A program made the position numbers and the translations under genes. Shown here in pieces: positions 1 through 10,592 of a stretch of 64,000 bases of DNA. The stretch's first letter is position 1. Each line of letters opens with the position of its first letter. The notes under the pieces were generated by a model. The model had not been told where the DNA came from and ran no database searches. It was given only the letters and a program-made list of their open reading frames with translations. Origin of the DNA: Candidatus Latescibacterota bacterium (lineage in GTDB: Bacteria; Latescibacterota; CBDEFO01); NCBI GenBank assembly GCA_965248755.1, contig OZ252149.1, forward strand, positions 1,280,001 to 1,344,000, read 5' to 3'.

Positions 1-462
1 ATTAAACCTGGTTCAGGACTTACTGAAAAGCAGATTAGAGATAAGAGAACAGAGAAAGAGGCAAAATATAATGGACAAGGAATTAAGACCTTCATTTCAC
101 CAGATTGGACTTTGGAATACGATATTGCTTTAAGCGGACTTAAGAAAGAGTTTTATTCTGCCTTGCTTCGGGCAGAGAAAATTAAAAATAGTGATACTAA
201 CGGTTTGACATGTGACAAAATCACTGAAGTAAAAGAAAAGGTCGAGACTGCCTTTGCCTCCTGGACTATAGAGAAAAAAGCAGATAGAGAAATTGCAAAA
301 GCAATTTACGAAGGTTACATACTTCGTAAAGAGATTTCTAAGCCAATCGTTGCTCAGTGCTTTGCCTCATTACTAAAAGAATGTGTAGGAATGAAAGAAC
401 AGATTGAGGTTGACGAAAAATTGAAATATCTCGTGGATGCTATTAAATATGTTACGGAATGA
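1..462 (+). CDS. gajA: 3' end of OLD-family ATP-dependent nuclease (Gabija GajA-like), partial at window edge
   Basis: Frame open from base 1; TFISPDWTLEYDIA...SKPIVAQ...YLVDAIKYV resembles the OLD/TOPRIM C-terminus; a UvrD helicase starts 3 nt after the stop. Confidence 0.7.
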   Translation: MKPGSGLTEKQIRDKRTEKEAKYNGQGIKTFISPDWTLEYDIALSGLKKEFYSALLRAEKIKNSDTNGLTCDKITEVKEKVETAFASWTIEKKADREIAKAIYEGYILRKEISKPIVAQCFASLLKECVGMKEQIEVDEKLKYLVDAIKYVTE

Positions 463-541
463 CAAATGCGAATAATCATTACCAATGACGATATCATACC
501 GCTCCCCTTGACAGAGCGACAAATATTTCGCAAATTGGGGT

Positions 542-871
542 TTGAGAAGGGAGGTCAAGGTGTCGAGCCCCGAAGTGAAAGATGGTAAGCGCTGGACGGC
601 GACCCGTAAGGGAGAGATTGTGTTGGCTCTTTTGAGAGGAGCAGATCTATCTGAGGTGTGTCGTAAGAATGGAATTAGCCAGTCGCAGGCGTATGCTTGG
701 CGTGATAGTTTCTTAGAAGGGGGCCAGGAGAGTCTGAAGTCTCGGCGTGGTCGCAAGGATCCGAAGGAGCGAGAGGTTAGCCGGTTGGAGCGCAAGGTAG
801 GGCAGTTGACGCTCCAGTTGGAGATACTCGAAGAGGTAGCCCGTCTAAAAAAAACGAAGCGGTTGCCTTGA
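542..871 (+). CDS. IS3-family transposase OrfA (HTH)
   Basis: HTH (LSEVCRKNGISQSQAYAWR) plus leucine-zipper-like tail; true start may be GTG 560. Confidence 0.9.
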   Translation: MRREVKVSSPEVKDGKRWTATRKGEIVLALLRGADLSEVCRKNGISQSQAYAWRDSFLEGGQESLKSRRGRKDPKEREVSRLERKVGQLTLQLEILEEVARLKKTKRLP

Positions 872-1731
872 GTGGGCGGTTTTTGGGTCGAGGCTATTCC
901 CGCAAGGTGGTAGCTTTGGCTTTGGGTTTGCATCGTTCGACTCTGTATAGGTTTAGGGATAGAGGTGTCAGTTCTTCTGTTAAAGAGCCTGTGATAGATG
1001 AGGAGCTTGCTTTTCGTATTCGAGGGATACTGGACCAAGAAGAGGCATTTGGTCACAGGCGGGTTTGGGCGCATCTTCGTTTCAAGGAAGGGGAATGTGT
1101 CAACGTTAAGAAGGTTCATAGGATAATGAAGCTTAAGGGGTGGCAGTGTAAGCTGTGGAATCGTCCCGGGAGAAAGGGGCCACAGGTTGCCCAGAAGCGT
1201 TCTGTGGTGGATAGTCCCGACAGTTTGTGGTCGAGTGACTTGACAAAGATTTACTGTGGAAAAGATGGTTGGTGTCCTCTTATTGCGGTGGTGGACAACG
1301 GAAGCCGGGAGGTTCCTGGGTATCGTTTTAGTCGAAAAGGGAGGGCACTGGAGGCCACAGATGCCCTGGATCGGGCCGTGATCTCTCGATACACTTCCAA
1401 GGAGGCTGTCCCCCAGGGTCTCACTTTGCGCTCTGACAATGGTTCCATCTTTTTGGCTCGGGCCTATTTGGCCAGTACCGAATATTGGGGAATTCGTCAG
1501 GAATACATACCAAGTGGTAAACCCGATTGGAACGGTGTTGTAGAGCGTTTTTTCAGGACCCTCAAGCAAGAGTGTGTTTGGCTTCACAAGTTTGAATCCT
1601 TTGAACAGGCTGAGAAGATCATATCTCAGTGGATCGATAATTACAACAAGAACAGGCTTCATTCATCCCTGGGATATAAGACCCCAAAAGAGTGGAGAAA
1701 ACAATTTTATCTACTACCCCAGGTTGCTTAA
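868..1731 (+). CDS. IS3-family transposase OrfB (DDE)
   Basis: WSSDLT, LRSDNGSIF, NGVVERFFRTLKQE, YNKNRLHSSLGYKTP. Confidence 0.95.
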   Translation: MSGRFLGRGYSRKVVALALGLHRSTLYRFRDRGVSSSVKEPVIDEELAFRIRGILDQEEAFGHRRVWAHLRFKEGECVNVKKVHRIMKLKGWQCKLWNRPGRKGPQVAQKRSVVDSPDSLWSSDLTKIYCGKDGWCPLIAVVDNGSREVPGYRFSRKGRALEATDALDRAVISRYTSKEAVPQGLTLRSDNGSIFLARAYLASTEYWGIRQEYIPSGKPDWNGVVERFFRTLKQECVWLHKFESFEQAEKIISQWIDNYNKNRLHSSLGYKTPKEWRKQFYLLPQVA

Positions 1732-3055
1732 TTGGTGTCGCTTTCCTGGGAAGCAGTACAATATTTCTTGGGCAGAAAGAATTCTTTTACCGCCCGGTGA
1801 GCACTTCGATAAAGAACAAAAGGTAGTAATAAAATGTTTTGAAACCAAAGATATTCTTGCCTGCCCGGGTAGTGGTAAAACAAAGGCTTTGATTGCCAAG
1901 TTGTTGATTTTGTCCCGGCAAATGCCTCTTGAAAATAATAGGGGTATTTGCGTATTAACTCACACAAATGTGGCTATAAATGAAATAAAAAGCCACGCTT
2001 ACTTTGCTTCTAAAAAGCTCTCTAATTACCCAAATCATTTTGGGACAATTCAAAGTTTCGTGGATAAATATCTTGCGATACCGACGTATATCAATCAGTT
2101 CAACCGAAGACCATTATTCATAAACAACGAAATTTATCTTGATAGGATGGAAAGAACGAGAAAATATTTAGGTAGAAAAACAAATGCATTTTGCTATCAG
2201 AGCGGTCATAAAGATTTGCCTTATTCACTTAGATTTGAAGATTTTTCCCTGGATGATAATGGTATATGTAAAAGACTTAAATTAGATTCAAATGATACAA
2301 CTCAAAGAGCACACTATGATAGATTGCTAAGACTAAAAGAACGGATACTTTTGGATGGAATACTAAGCTATGATGATGCATATTATATAGCAGAAAGACA
2401 CATTGAAAAGCACCCTAATTTGAAAAACGTATTTGCAAAAAGATTTGCCTATGTTTTCATAGATGAAATGCAGGATTCAAGTACAATACAGTCCGAACTG
2501 ATGAATAAAATATTCAATGATAATGTTGTTATTCAAAAAATAGGTGATTTAAATCAATCAATATTTGACTATGACCCTAACTTGGAATGCGGTTGGGCAG
2601 TAATTGACGACAGAACTATGTGTATTACAGGTAGTAAAAGATTTTCTAACGCTATAGCAAGCAAGGTTGAAAAACTTTGTGTTTTCCGGCAGACAATAAC
2701 GGGAAATGGCAGGCAAAATGAAATTACTCCTGTTATCATTGTTTATGATGATTATACTATTCAGCAGGTATTAGATAAATTCGGTGAAATAATTATCAGA
2801 AATAATCTACATCAGAATGAGAAAAGGGTATTTAAAGCAGTTGGATGGCGTGGAAAACCGCATGACACAAAAAGAACTATACCAAGTTATTGGGACGGCT
2901 ACTCCAAAGAAATAAAAGTTAAAAAAACTGAATTTAGTAATCTAAAAAGTTATTTAGCTCCACAATCTGATAGTTTTATTTCATCTAATGGAGTTAATTT
3001 TTACAAGAAGAGGTTAGGGGAAGCTTTCTTAAAGTGCTTAAGAATTGCAGGAGTA

Positions 3056-4343
3056 CATACCGCTCCCCTTGACAGGGCGACAAATATTTTGCAAATTGGG
3101 GTTTGAGAAAGGAGGTCAAGGTGTCAAGCCCCGAAGTGAAAGATGGTAAGCGCTGGACGGCGACCCGTAAGGTAGAGGTGGTGTTGGCTGTTTTGAAAGG
3201 AGCGAATGTATCAGAGGTGTGTTGGAAGAATGGAATTAGCCAGTCACAGGCGTATGCTTGGCGTGATAGTTTCTTGGAAGGAGGCCAGGAGAGTCTGAAG
3301 TCTCGGCGTGGTCGCAAGGATGCGAAGGAGCGGGAGGTCAGCCGGTTGGAGCGTAAGGTAGGGCACTTAACCCTCCAGTTGGAGATACTCGAGGAGGTAG
3401 CCCGTCTAAAAAAAACGAAGCGGTTGCCTTGAGTGAGCGGTTTTTGGGTCGAGGCTATTCCCGGAAGGTGGTAGCTTTGGCTTTGGGTTTGCATCGTTCG
3501 ACTCTGTGTAGGCTTAGGTATAGAGGTGTCAGTTCTTCTGTCGAAGAGTCTGTGATAGATGAACAGCTTGCTTTTCGTATTCGAGGGATACTCGACCAAG
3601 AAGAGGCATTTGGTCACAGGCGGGTTTGGGCGCATCTTCGTTTCAAGGAAGGGGCATATGTCAACATCAAGAAGGTTCATAGGATAATGAAGCTTAAGGG
3701 GTGGCAGTGTAAGCTGTGGAATCCCCGATAGAATCAATCGGGGACCCCGGGAGAAAGGGGCCACAGGTTGCCCAGAAGCGTTCTGTGATGGATCGTCCTG
3801 ACAGTCTCTGGTCGGCTGACTTGACCAAGATCTATTGTGGGGAAGATGGTTGGTGTCCTCTTATTGCGGTGGTGGACAACGGGAGTCGGGAGGTTCCCCG
3901 GGTATCGTTTTAGTCGAAAAGGGAGGGCACTGGAGGCCACAGATGCCCTGGATCGGGCCGTGATCTCTCGATACACTTCCTAAGGAGGCTGTCCCCCAGG
4001 GTCTCACTTTGCGCTCTGACAACGGCTCCATCTTTTTGTCTCGGACCTATTTGGCAAGTACCGAATATTGGGACATTCGTCAAGAATATATTCCGAGCGG
4101 AAAGGCCGATTGGAACGGGGTCATAGAACGTTTTTTCAGGACCCTCAAGCAGGAGTGTGTGTGGCTTCACAATTTCAAGTCCTTTGAACAAGCTGAGAAG
4201 ATCATATCTCAGTGGATCGATAATTACAACAAGAACTGGCTTCATTCATCTCTGGGATACAAGACCCCGGAAGAGTGGAGAAAACAATTTTATCTGCTAC
4301 CCCAAGTTGCTTAATTGATGTCGCTTTTCTGGGGGGCAGTACA
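3056..4343 (+). mobile_element. Second IS3-family copy, orfB inactivated
   Basis: Colinear with 495-1760 with the same IRs; orfA 3103-3432 intact; orfB broken by a palindrome at 3722-3744 and further 1-nt insertions near 3899 and 3981; flanks AGTA / ATCT are not duplicated. Confidence 0.95.
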
Positions 4344-5079
4344 ATCTATAAATTACGTTTCTATTAGTAGTTCCATTTCAGCAAATCGTATTACCGATGA
4401 CTGGAAAATCCGATCGTGGACAAACGTACGGTATAGTAAACAAACCTTTGCGATAAACGACGAAAAGATATCCAGCATAGATAGGAATTATTATTTTTCG
4501 AGCACCATCGTAAAAAGTCTAACCAACCATTGGTCAGCCGGATTTTCCGGAACGGCTTCTTCTTCGACTTTCAGTAATACGGGTTTAGAAGTAGTAGTGG
4601 CGCCAGCATTCGAGTATAATCTTTTCCCATACTCCGAATCCACGCGAAGAGAGCTGCGTTTTCTATACCGCATTAATTACAATGCATTTCGCTATGTGGA
4701 GGAAACCATTTTTCAAAAAAGATCAGAGAAACTGTTTAGCGAGGAGTTGTCTGTGACCCTCAAAACCACACAGCTCTGGGGCTCAGCTACATTCAATTTA
4801 AAAGGCTCCCACTTCCTTCACGATTTCAGGAAGAATCGCTTGGTGCTATTTGGTGGATTGCAATTTCGCATGTTCAAGGGGTTTTCCTTGAATCTATATG
4901 GAAATATTTCAAGAATTCGAGATCAATTGTCCCTACGCAAGGGCGAGGCCAGCGCTGAAGAAGTTTTATTGCGACGTCGTGAACTTGCTACTTCTTACAG
5001 TTATTACACGTCAATCGGTCTAAGGTACACCTTCGGCTCAATTTATAGAAATATTGTTAACCCCCGTTTTGGAGGATAG
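4344..5079 (+). pseudogene. 5'-truncated outer-membrane beta-barrel protein
   Basis: Alternating aromatic beta-strand pattern ending IGLRYTFGSIYRNIVNPRFGG; frame begins at the IS right end. Confidence 0.65.
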
Positions 5080-5121
5080 CGATTGTTTAATTGAGCAATC
5101 ACTGAGTAGAAGTAACAAACT

Positions 5122-5436
5122 ATGAAACCTTTTAAGCTAGGACTAATCGGCTGTAGCATCGCGGCCAAGGATCTTCATTGGCCAGCTCTGAATAAATTGC
5201 AAGACAAATTCGAGATTACGGTTGTGTGCAACCGGAGCGAACCGAAGGCCGCAGAGTTTGCTCACATGGTGGGCGACCTTCCGCACGTGCTCGACTACAG
5301 AGAGCTCTTAGACCGTCAGGTAGGACTCTATAGATTCCGTAGCCCTTTTCCCAAAGCTCACAAAGTATTGAATAGATATTCCGATAAACAAGGATTTGGA
5401 GCACTGATTACACAGTATATTTTTAGTTCACGCTAA
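5122..5436 (+). pseudogene. N-terminal fragment of Gfo/Idh/MocA oxidoreductase
   Basis: KLGLIGCS...VVCNRS...DYRELLD, then similarity is lost after about 66 aa. Confidence 0.75.
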
Positions 5437-5487
5437 AGATAACCCAATATGTAGGCCCTACCACTTATTTTTCGGATCATCTAATAC

Positions 5488-5520
5488 ACAGCCCGTCTTT
5501 CTGACGGGCTGTCTTTTCTT
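5488..5520 (+). terminator. Probable intrinsic terminator
   Basis: ACAGCCCGTC-loop-GACGGGCTGT followed by CTTTTCTT. Confidence 0.6.
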
Positions 5521-5562
5521 GGGTCATTTTCGAACTGAGTTTTCTTAGCCCTGCAAAGTATA

Positions 5563-6672
5563 TCACAAAATACTTGTGTCGGGTAAAGGCACATGGTATC
5601 CACCTTTGATAAAGATAGAGAGAAGAGAGTCGAGAATCAAGACAGGGAAGTCAAAAAGTTGAGGATTGAGGTTTTCTGTGGGTTGGTGTTGGGTGGTTAT
5701 TTGTAAAGGGGTTTTGAAGTCTTTATAGCTATTATGTCTTTGGGTATTGAACAACCATTGATAGGTTTGGAGTTTCCGGCAGAGGTTGGCACGGTTGGTA
5801 ATCTTGACGGTGTCGTAGAATTCGTATTCGATTAGGCCGTGGGCGCGTTCTACATCGGATTGGTATGTAGTAGCCCCTGGTGGGATGCGTTTATGTTCTA
5901 TGCCTCTTTGTTGGATGAGGTCGGTAAAGAGGGTCTTTTTGAGGGCATCCTTTGTATTGACGAATTCTGTTCCGTTGTCGGTCTGGATCTTTCGTGGATA
6001 GACCTTGTGGTCTTCCAGGTGTTGGAGTAATGCTTCGGCCAAGATGCAGGAGTTGATCAGGCTCTGTTCGTCTGCCAGGCTTACGAAGAGGCCGCCTGTC
6101 TTGATATCTCTGGCAGTATACTCAAACATAGGGAGTTGGGCACCTGTTTTGTAGTGTTGTTTCAGGTAGTTGGGGATATCGCACAGATGTTTGACATCGA
6201 TCTGGATATATTCAAAAGGGCGTAGTTTCTTTTTCCACTGGCACACAAGTTTCTTTCTCCTCCATTTTCGCCTGCGTTTCTTTATGAGATTGTGTTTTTT
6301 CCAGATAGCATAGGCAGTCTGTTTGGAGGGGATTTGATCAGTTGGAACATTTTGTTTTTGGAGAAAGCCCAATAGATAGGGATATCCCAAAGAAGGATGG
6401 GTCTGTCGGAACTTTACGATGAGCTTTCTGATCTCCTCCGGTAACAAACAGTGAGGGTTTATGGGTGCTTTCGTATGATTTTCTAGACTCTTCAAGGATC
6501 GGTCTTCAAGATAACGTTTCAGCCATTTTCTTATACTCTTGCGTGTTGTATTAAAAGCCCTTGCAGCATACGAGACACCGTATTGTTGAGCAGTCTGAAC
6601 CATCTTGATACGAAGATCAACAGGATTACGATTAAGAACAAGAACATCACTATAAGTGATAGCATTCTCCAT
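5563..6672 (-). CDS. DDE transposase (HTH plus integrase core)
   Basis: IQIDVKHL, IQTDNGTEF, QSDVERAHG; GGAGG before ATG 6672; stop codon lies in the target repeat. Confidence 0.9.
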   Translation of the reverse strand: MENAITYSDVLVLNRNPVDLRIKMVQTAQQYGVSYAARAFNTTRKSIRKWLKRYLEDRSLKSLENHTKAPINPHCLLPEEIRKLIVKFRQTHPSLGYPYLLGFLQKQNVPTDQIPSKQTAYAIWKKHNLIKKRRRKWRRKKLVCQWKKKLRPFEYIQIDVKHLCDIPNYLKQHYKTGAQLPMFEYTARDIKTGGLFVSLADEQSLINSCILAEALLQHLEDHKVYPRKIQTDNGTEFVNTKDALKKTLFTDLIQQRGIEHKRIPPGATTYQSDVERAHGLIEYEFYDTVKITNRANLCRKLQTYQWLFNTQRHNSYKDFKTPLQITTQHQPTENLNPQLFDFPVLILDSLLSIFIKGGYHVPLPDTSIL

Positions 6673-6757
6673 GGTATCTACCCTCCTTTTTTCAGTCCTC
6701 ACCTAAATATAGACAAAATTATCCCATAAGGGTGGATACCATGTGTCTTTACTCTTC
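5577..6757 (-). mobile_element. IS481/IS1202-like insertion sequence with long target duplication
   Basis: IR cores TAAAGGCACATGGTATCCACC / GGTGGATACCATGTGTCTTTA; direct repeat TATCACAAAATACTTG at 5561-5576 and 6758-6773; one end starts TGT. Confidence 0.8.
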
Positions 6758-6884
6758 TATCACAAAATACTTGACTGTTGCTTGTGATAGTGGTATTTTT
6801 ATCTGGAACAAATCAGCATTAGAACTACCGAATACCAGAAAGCTCATTCTACCAGGTACGATAACTCAGATGAAACCGGCAAAT

Positions 6885-7103
6885 TCATCGCCCTTTTCCC
6901 TTAAACCTTCTTGCCTTGTGTCTGAACAACCTTTTCAACTCCAATAATTCCTGTTCATTGAATATTCTGAAATTACTTTGGGGCTCTCTTCTAGGCTTTG
7001 GAAACCAGCCCTGTTTCTCCCAATCTTTATACGTGGTTCTTGAAATATGCAGAACTTCGCACACATCTTTAGTCCTGTATTTGTCCTTCTTGCTAATCTG
7101 CAA
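6885..7103 (-). CDS. MerR-type HTH protein (possible excisionase or regulator)
   Basis: YRTKDVCEVLHISRTTYKDWEKQGWFPKPRREPQSNFRIF; start uncertain. Confidence 0.6.
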   Translation of the reverse strand: MQISKKDKYRTKDVCEVLHISRTTYKDWEKQGWFPKPRREPQSNFRIFNEQELLELKRLFRHKARRFKGKGR

Positions 7104-7361
7104 GTCGTCAACAAACAGCCTGTCTTGCAGTCTGAACTCCCTAAAATTATCATAGGTAGTAATGTCCTCGTAGTATCGAGACGATAGTTAGAAGGCGGAA
7201 CTTTTGGGATACTATTGGGATACAACTTTTCCTTTTCAAGCTGTTTCGTGACTTTTCGTACAACTTCGCCTACTTTCATCTATTGGTGTAAGGTTTTGGA
7301 GGACAAAATCTTAGCCTGCACAAGTACTTGATATATAGTGACTTAAAACTAGAGCTTTCAA

Positions 7362-7406
7362 CTCCGGAACCAAAGGTCGCGCGTTCGAATCGCGCATAGC
7401 CCTCCA
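7362..7406 (+). other. 3' half of tRNA-Arg(CCG); att site of an integrative element
   Basis: CTCCGGA anticodon loop, GCGCG-TTCGAAT-CGCGC T arm, ends CCA; no D arm or 5' acceptor strand upstream. Confidence 0.8.
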
Positions 7407-7489
7407 ACTGTTAATCCCTGTAATTAAAACAGTTACAGGGATTAATCATTTCTTAATTCGGCTTATTTTTCACCGTATTTCTACTATTT

Positions 7490-8343
7490 TTCTACTAAAC
7501 GATCCGAAAACCCTTGTGTCAAGCCGTTCCGCTGCCTCTTTGTGTGCTTCCGGCATGAGATGCCCACATCGGTCAAATGTGATCTGGATGGAAGAGTGCC
7601 CTAACTGACTCTGAATGTACTTGGGACTTTCCCTTTGGGTGATCAATAGGCTGGCGTAAGTATGACGCAGATCGTGGAACCGGATTGCCGGATGCCCGCA
7701 TCCTTCAAATACCTGTGGAACTCCCGCTTTCTTACTGTATCCGGATCAAGAGGTGTTCCATCCTCATGGCAGAACACCAGGTCTAGATCCTGGTAGGCCG
7801 GGCCCCAATATCAGCTTCTCCTCGTTCTGACGTGCCCGGTGCGCCCTAAGCGAGTCCATTAGGGTAGGAGACAGGTTGATCGCCCTTCTGGAGGTAGCTG
7901 ACTTCGGTTCGACTAAACTCTTCCTGTATAGTGCCTCTCTGACGAAGTACTGCTCTCTGTTCCAGTCGATGTTACTCCACTTCATAGCTAATAATTCTCC
8001 TCGACGCATGCAGGTCATAACAGCAGTGAGGAACAGCGCATACCAGTTCTGTGGCACGTGATTCAGGAAGATATGGATTTCCTCCACCGTCATAAAATCC
8101 ATCTCGTAGTGGGAAACTTTGGGTACCTCGATGTACAGTGCCGGACTCTCCCGAAGATAACCCCATCTTACGGCGTGCTTTAACATTTCCTTGAGTGGAA
8201 CCAGCGTGTTCTTGATCGGCTGCGGCGCTAACTTCCCTCTCTTTTTCTGGGAAACATATTGTTGGACGTCCTCCGGTGTAATCGCTGTTAGCTCGTACCT
8301 TCCGAAGAACGGTTTAAGGTGCCGCTTGATGTTGCTCTTGTAG
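7490..8343 (-). pseudogene. Phage/ICE-type tyrosine integrase, degenerate
   Basis: TCMRRGELLAMKW, RFHDLRHTYASLL, QLGHSSIQITFDRCGH (catalytic Tyr position is Cys); frameshifts; N-terminus missing; ends approximate. Confidence 0.85.
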
Positions 8344-8478
8344 GAACGGTGTGCCGATTCCGACCGCGTTGCATGCTGTGCTGACGAAGTTGCCATCTTT
8401 CAAGATGTCACATAGAACCTGTTGCAGATCAGGCGTTAGCTTCGTCTTTCGACCAACCTTCTTTGAATTCTTATTCAT
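8340..8478 (-). pseudogene. Fragment of phage HTH / terminase small subunit-like gene
   Basis: MNKNSKKVGRKTKLTPDLQQVLCDILKDGNFVSTACNAVGIG with GGAGG RBS, fused into the integrase relic. Confidence 0.45.
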
Positions 8479-9020
8479 AGTTTTGCCTCCTTTACGTCTG
8501 CCAATAAAAAAGCCGACGACTCGATGGGGTACCCAGTCATCGGCTTTTACTCTCAGCGCTGTCCTGCGGAGGAGCTGTCTCAATAGGCTTGTTGGCAATG
8601 TAAACTATAGCAGCGTTCTTATGAAACTAAATATACAAGATAATCTTTCCTTATGCAAGTTTTATTGAGCTTGCAATGCGACTGCTGACCGACGGTGACC
8701 AAATAGTATCCATAGCCTGTCAAAAGTAGTTCAGAGAAGCCAGCTCCTACGCTCCAAATTGTTCCGTTTATCCGCGCACTAATTATACAAAAGAATCGGA
8801 ACAGAAGCAAGGCAATTTCAGGGTTATTAAGTGCTTCCTGAGGAAGGTGTCAAGTCCTCAAAATCTACTATGGTGTGCGGTTAGAGGACCTGCCGAAGGT
8901 TTTGGCTTAAGTGGTGGTTGAGGAGGTGCGATCAAAGCGGAGCTGATTAGAAAGAAGGCCCCTCTCTGGGTCCAGTTGCTCGTAGCGTTGCATATCCAAC
9001 AAGATCCACGTCGCGATTAT

Positions 9021-10592
9021 CTATTTGTAGGTTATTGACAATCTTACACCGTTAAGGACTACCGGCTGTGTACGCTCCAAGGCGGGCTTGACCAGGCGGA
9101 CCTCAAGCTCGTTCAGCCCTTGTTTAAGCGGCGGACTGGCTATTTCAAACTCGATGCTGTCACCTTCCAGAGCGACCTCTTTGAGCGTAGCCGGATATTG
9201 ATTCCGCTCATACACTTGGCGACTCCAGCCATCCGAGGGAACCGTACCCGATTTCCAGGGAATCGATACCTGGTTGAGGCCTACCTCTATCTCGTCTCCA
9301 TCCATAATGTCCTCGAATCCCAGCACGAGAATGCATTTCAACAATGTTCCATCCGCGGTGGCTGTCTCCATATCGTCGGCGATATCCATGCGGAGGATCG
9401 CACCGCGCTCGGCAAGGGTTTCGTCCAAGGTAACGGGCAGTTGAACGAAAGGAATTGCGTTCCGGAACGAGTACCAGAGTTGGGACGTCGGCCTGTTTCT
9501 ATCAGAATAGTCCAGTTCATAGAGCTTGTCAGTACGGGCCAGCACATCCGGGTCTGCCATCTGGGCCAGGACGCTGCGTCTCCACTCGTTTGACATGCTG
9601 AAGTAGTTAAAGAGATAGATTCCATCGACACCTGCTCGCCAGTAGCGAGCGGCTGCAGCCCTGAGCAATTCCTCATCCACAAACGGCCTGAGCGCCTCGA
9701 AGCAGCCACAGACCTGGCAATCGGTTCCCTTTGCTGCCTCCACAAACTCTGCGATGGGCATCTGGAACGGGATGAACCCGCCACCAGCGATGAGTATGTC
9801 TATGAGCCCTTCTTTGATCCATACTTCGGCATCGAGTCCTATCCTCTTAGAGTCGGCCAGTGTCGGTGGGACCCTCACCGCCAGTTCGAGTTTCTTTCCC
9901 CTCTCGGCACCGACCTTGTTAATCCTCTGGCGTATGTGATCTATCATGTCCGTCATCAGGTAACGGTTGGCGTATGCCTCTTCCATCCTGAAGAAGGCCG
10001 GATGGCGCATGAAGTCCAGCTCTATGCCGTCCACGTCAAAGCGCTCGAACAGCTCGAAGATGATCTTGGTCATGTGCGCTCGCACCTCGGGGAACGCGTA
10101 GTTAAGACCCGTCCTGATGCCCCATTCGAGGCTCCCGTCCGGTATCTCCTCTCCGGGACGGCCGATGAGTAATTCCGGGTGTTCTCTTCTGAGCCGGCCG
10201 TAGTTAGGAGCTGACTCGTCCATGTCGTAGTGTTCGTTCATCCTCACTGATGGAAAGAAGCTCAGTCCCGCCTCGCGGCACAAGTCGGCAATGACCGTTA
10301 CTGGCCCCCCGTTCTCCTTTATCATGTGCCGAAGGTTTTCATACTTCTTCTTTTGTCCAGCGCCGAGGTCTTCATAACCCTCGCCGAACAGTTCTCCAAC
10401 TTCGGTCTCGTAGTCGTAGACCTCGTGGCCTCCTATCGACCAGAGAAAGGTGTCCACCGGTGTCCCTTCGTAAGGTACGATCATATTGTCCCTCATTTGG
10501 TCTACGGTCAGGGGAGGTCCATATGCGCCCATTATCCATCCGTCATCATTGAATAATACGCGCCGATCCTTTTTGCGTGCAGTCATGTTCAC
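9021..10592 (-). CDS. GHL10-like (beta/alpha)8 putative glycoside hydrolase
   Basis: LFNDDG, SVRMNEHY, LNYAFPEVR, DVDGIELDFMRH, GVDGIYLFNYF. Confidence 0.7.
   Translation of the reverse strand: MNMTARKKDRRVLFNDDGWIMGAYGPPLTVDQMRDNMIVPYEGTPVDTFLWSIGGHEVYDYETEVGELFGEGYEDLGAGQKKKYENLRHMIKENGGPVTVIADLCREAGLSFFPSVRMNEHYDMDESAPNYGRLRREHPELLIGRPGEEIPDGSLEWGIRTGLNYAFPEVRAHMTKIIFELFERFDVDGIELDFMRHPAFFRMEEAYANRYLMTDMIDHIRQRINKVGAERGKKLELAVRVPPTLADSKRIGLDAEVWIKEGLIDILIAGGGFIPFQMPIAEFVEAAKGTDCQVCGCFEALRPFVDEELLRAAAARYWRAGVDGIYLFNYFSMSNEWRRSVLAQMADPDVLARTDKLYELDYSDRNRPTSQLWYSFRNAIPFVQLPVTLDETLAERGAILRMDIADDMETATADGTLLKCILVLGFEDIMDGDEIEVGLNQVSIPWKSGTVPSDGWSRQVYERNQYPATLKEVALEGDSIEFEIASPPLKQGLNELEVRLVKPALERTQPVVLNGVRLSITYK

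Larger units (their letters stand above)
495..1760 (+). mobile_element. IS3-family insertion sequence, apparently intact (1266 bp)
   Basis: Imperfect IRs CATACCGCTCCCC / GGGAAGCAGTACA; 4-bp direct repeat ATAT at 491-494 and 1761-1764; orfA and orfB overlap in -1 frame with an A8 run at 847-854. Confidence 0.95.
466..3055 (+). pseudogene. gajB: UvrD-like helicase (Gabija GajB-like), split by IS at 495-1760 and truncated by IS at 3056
   Basis: Removing the IS and one ATAT copy restores MRIIITNDDISWAERILLP; Walker A ACPGSGKT, VLTHTNVA, FIDEMQD, IGDLNQSIF, SKRF motifs. Confidence 0.8.

Noticed and set aside
1574..3106. 510-aa ORF as an intact helicase
   Set aside because: Both termini derive from IS sequence; the true start is at 466
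373..3764. Long minus-strand ORFs 373-1662 and 2994-3764
   Set aside because: Antisense shadows of the IS3 transposase genes
7362..7406. Functional tRNA gene
   Set aside because: D arm and 5' acceptor strand are absent
7490..8343. Integrase as the integron IntI
   Set aside because: Phage/ICE-type, linked to a tRNA fragment, degenerate and far from the attI-like sites
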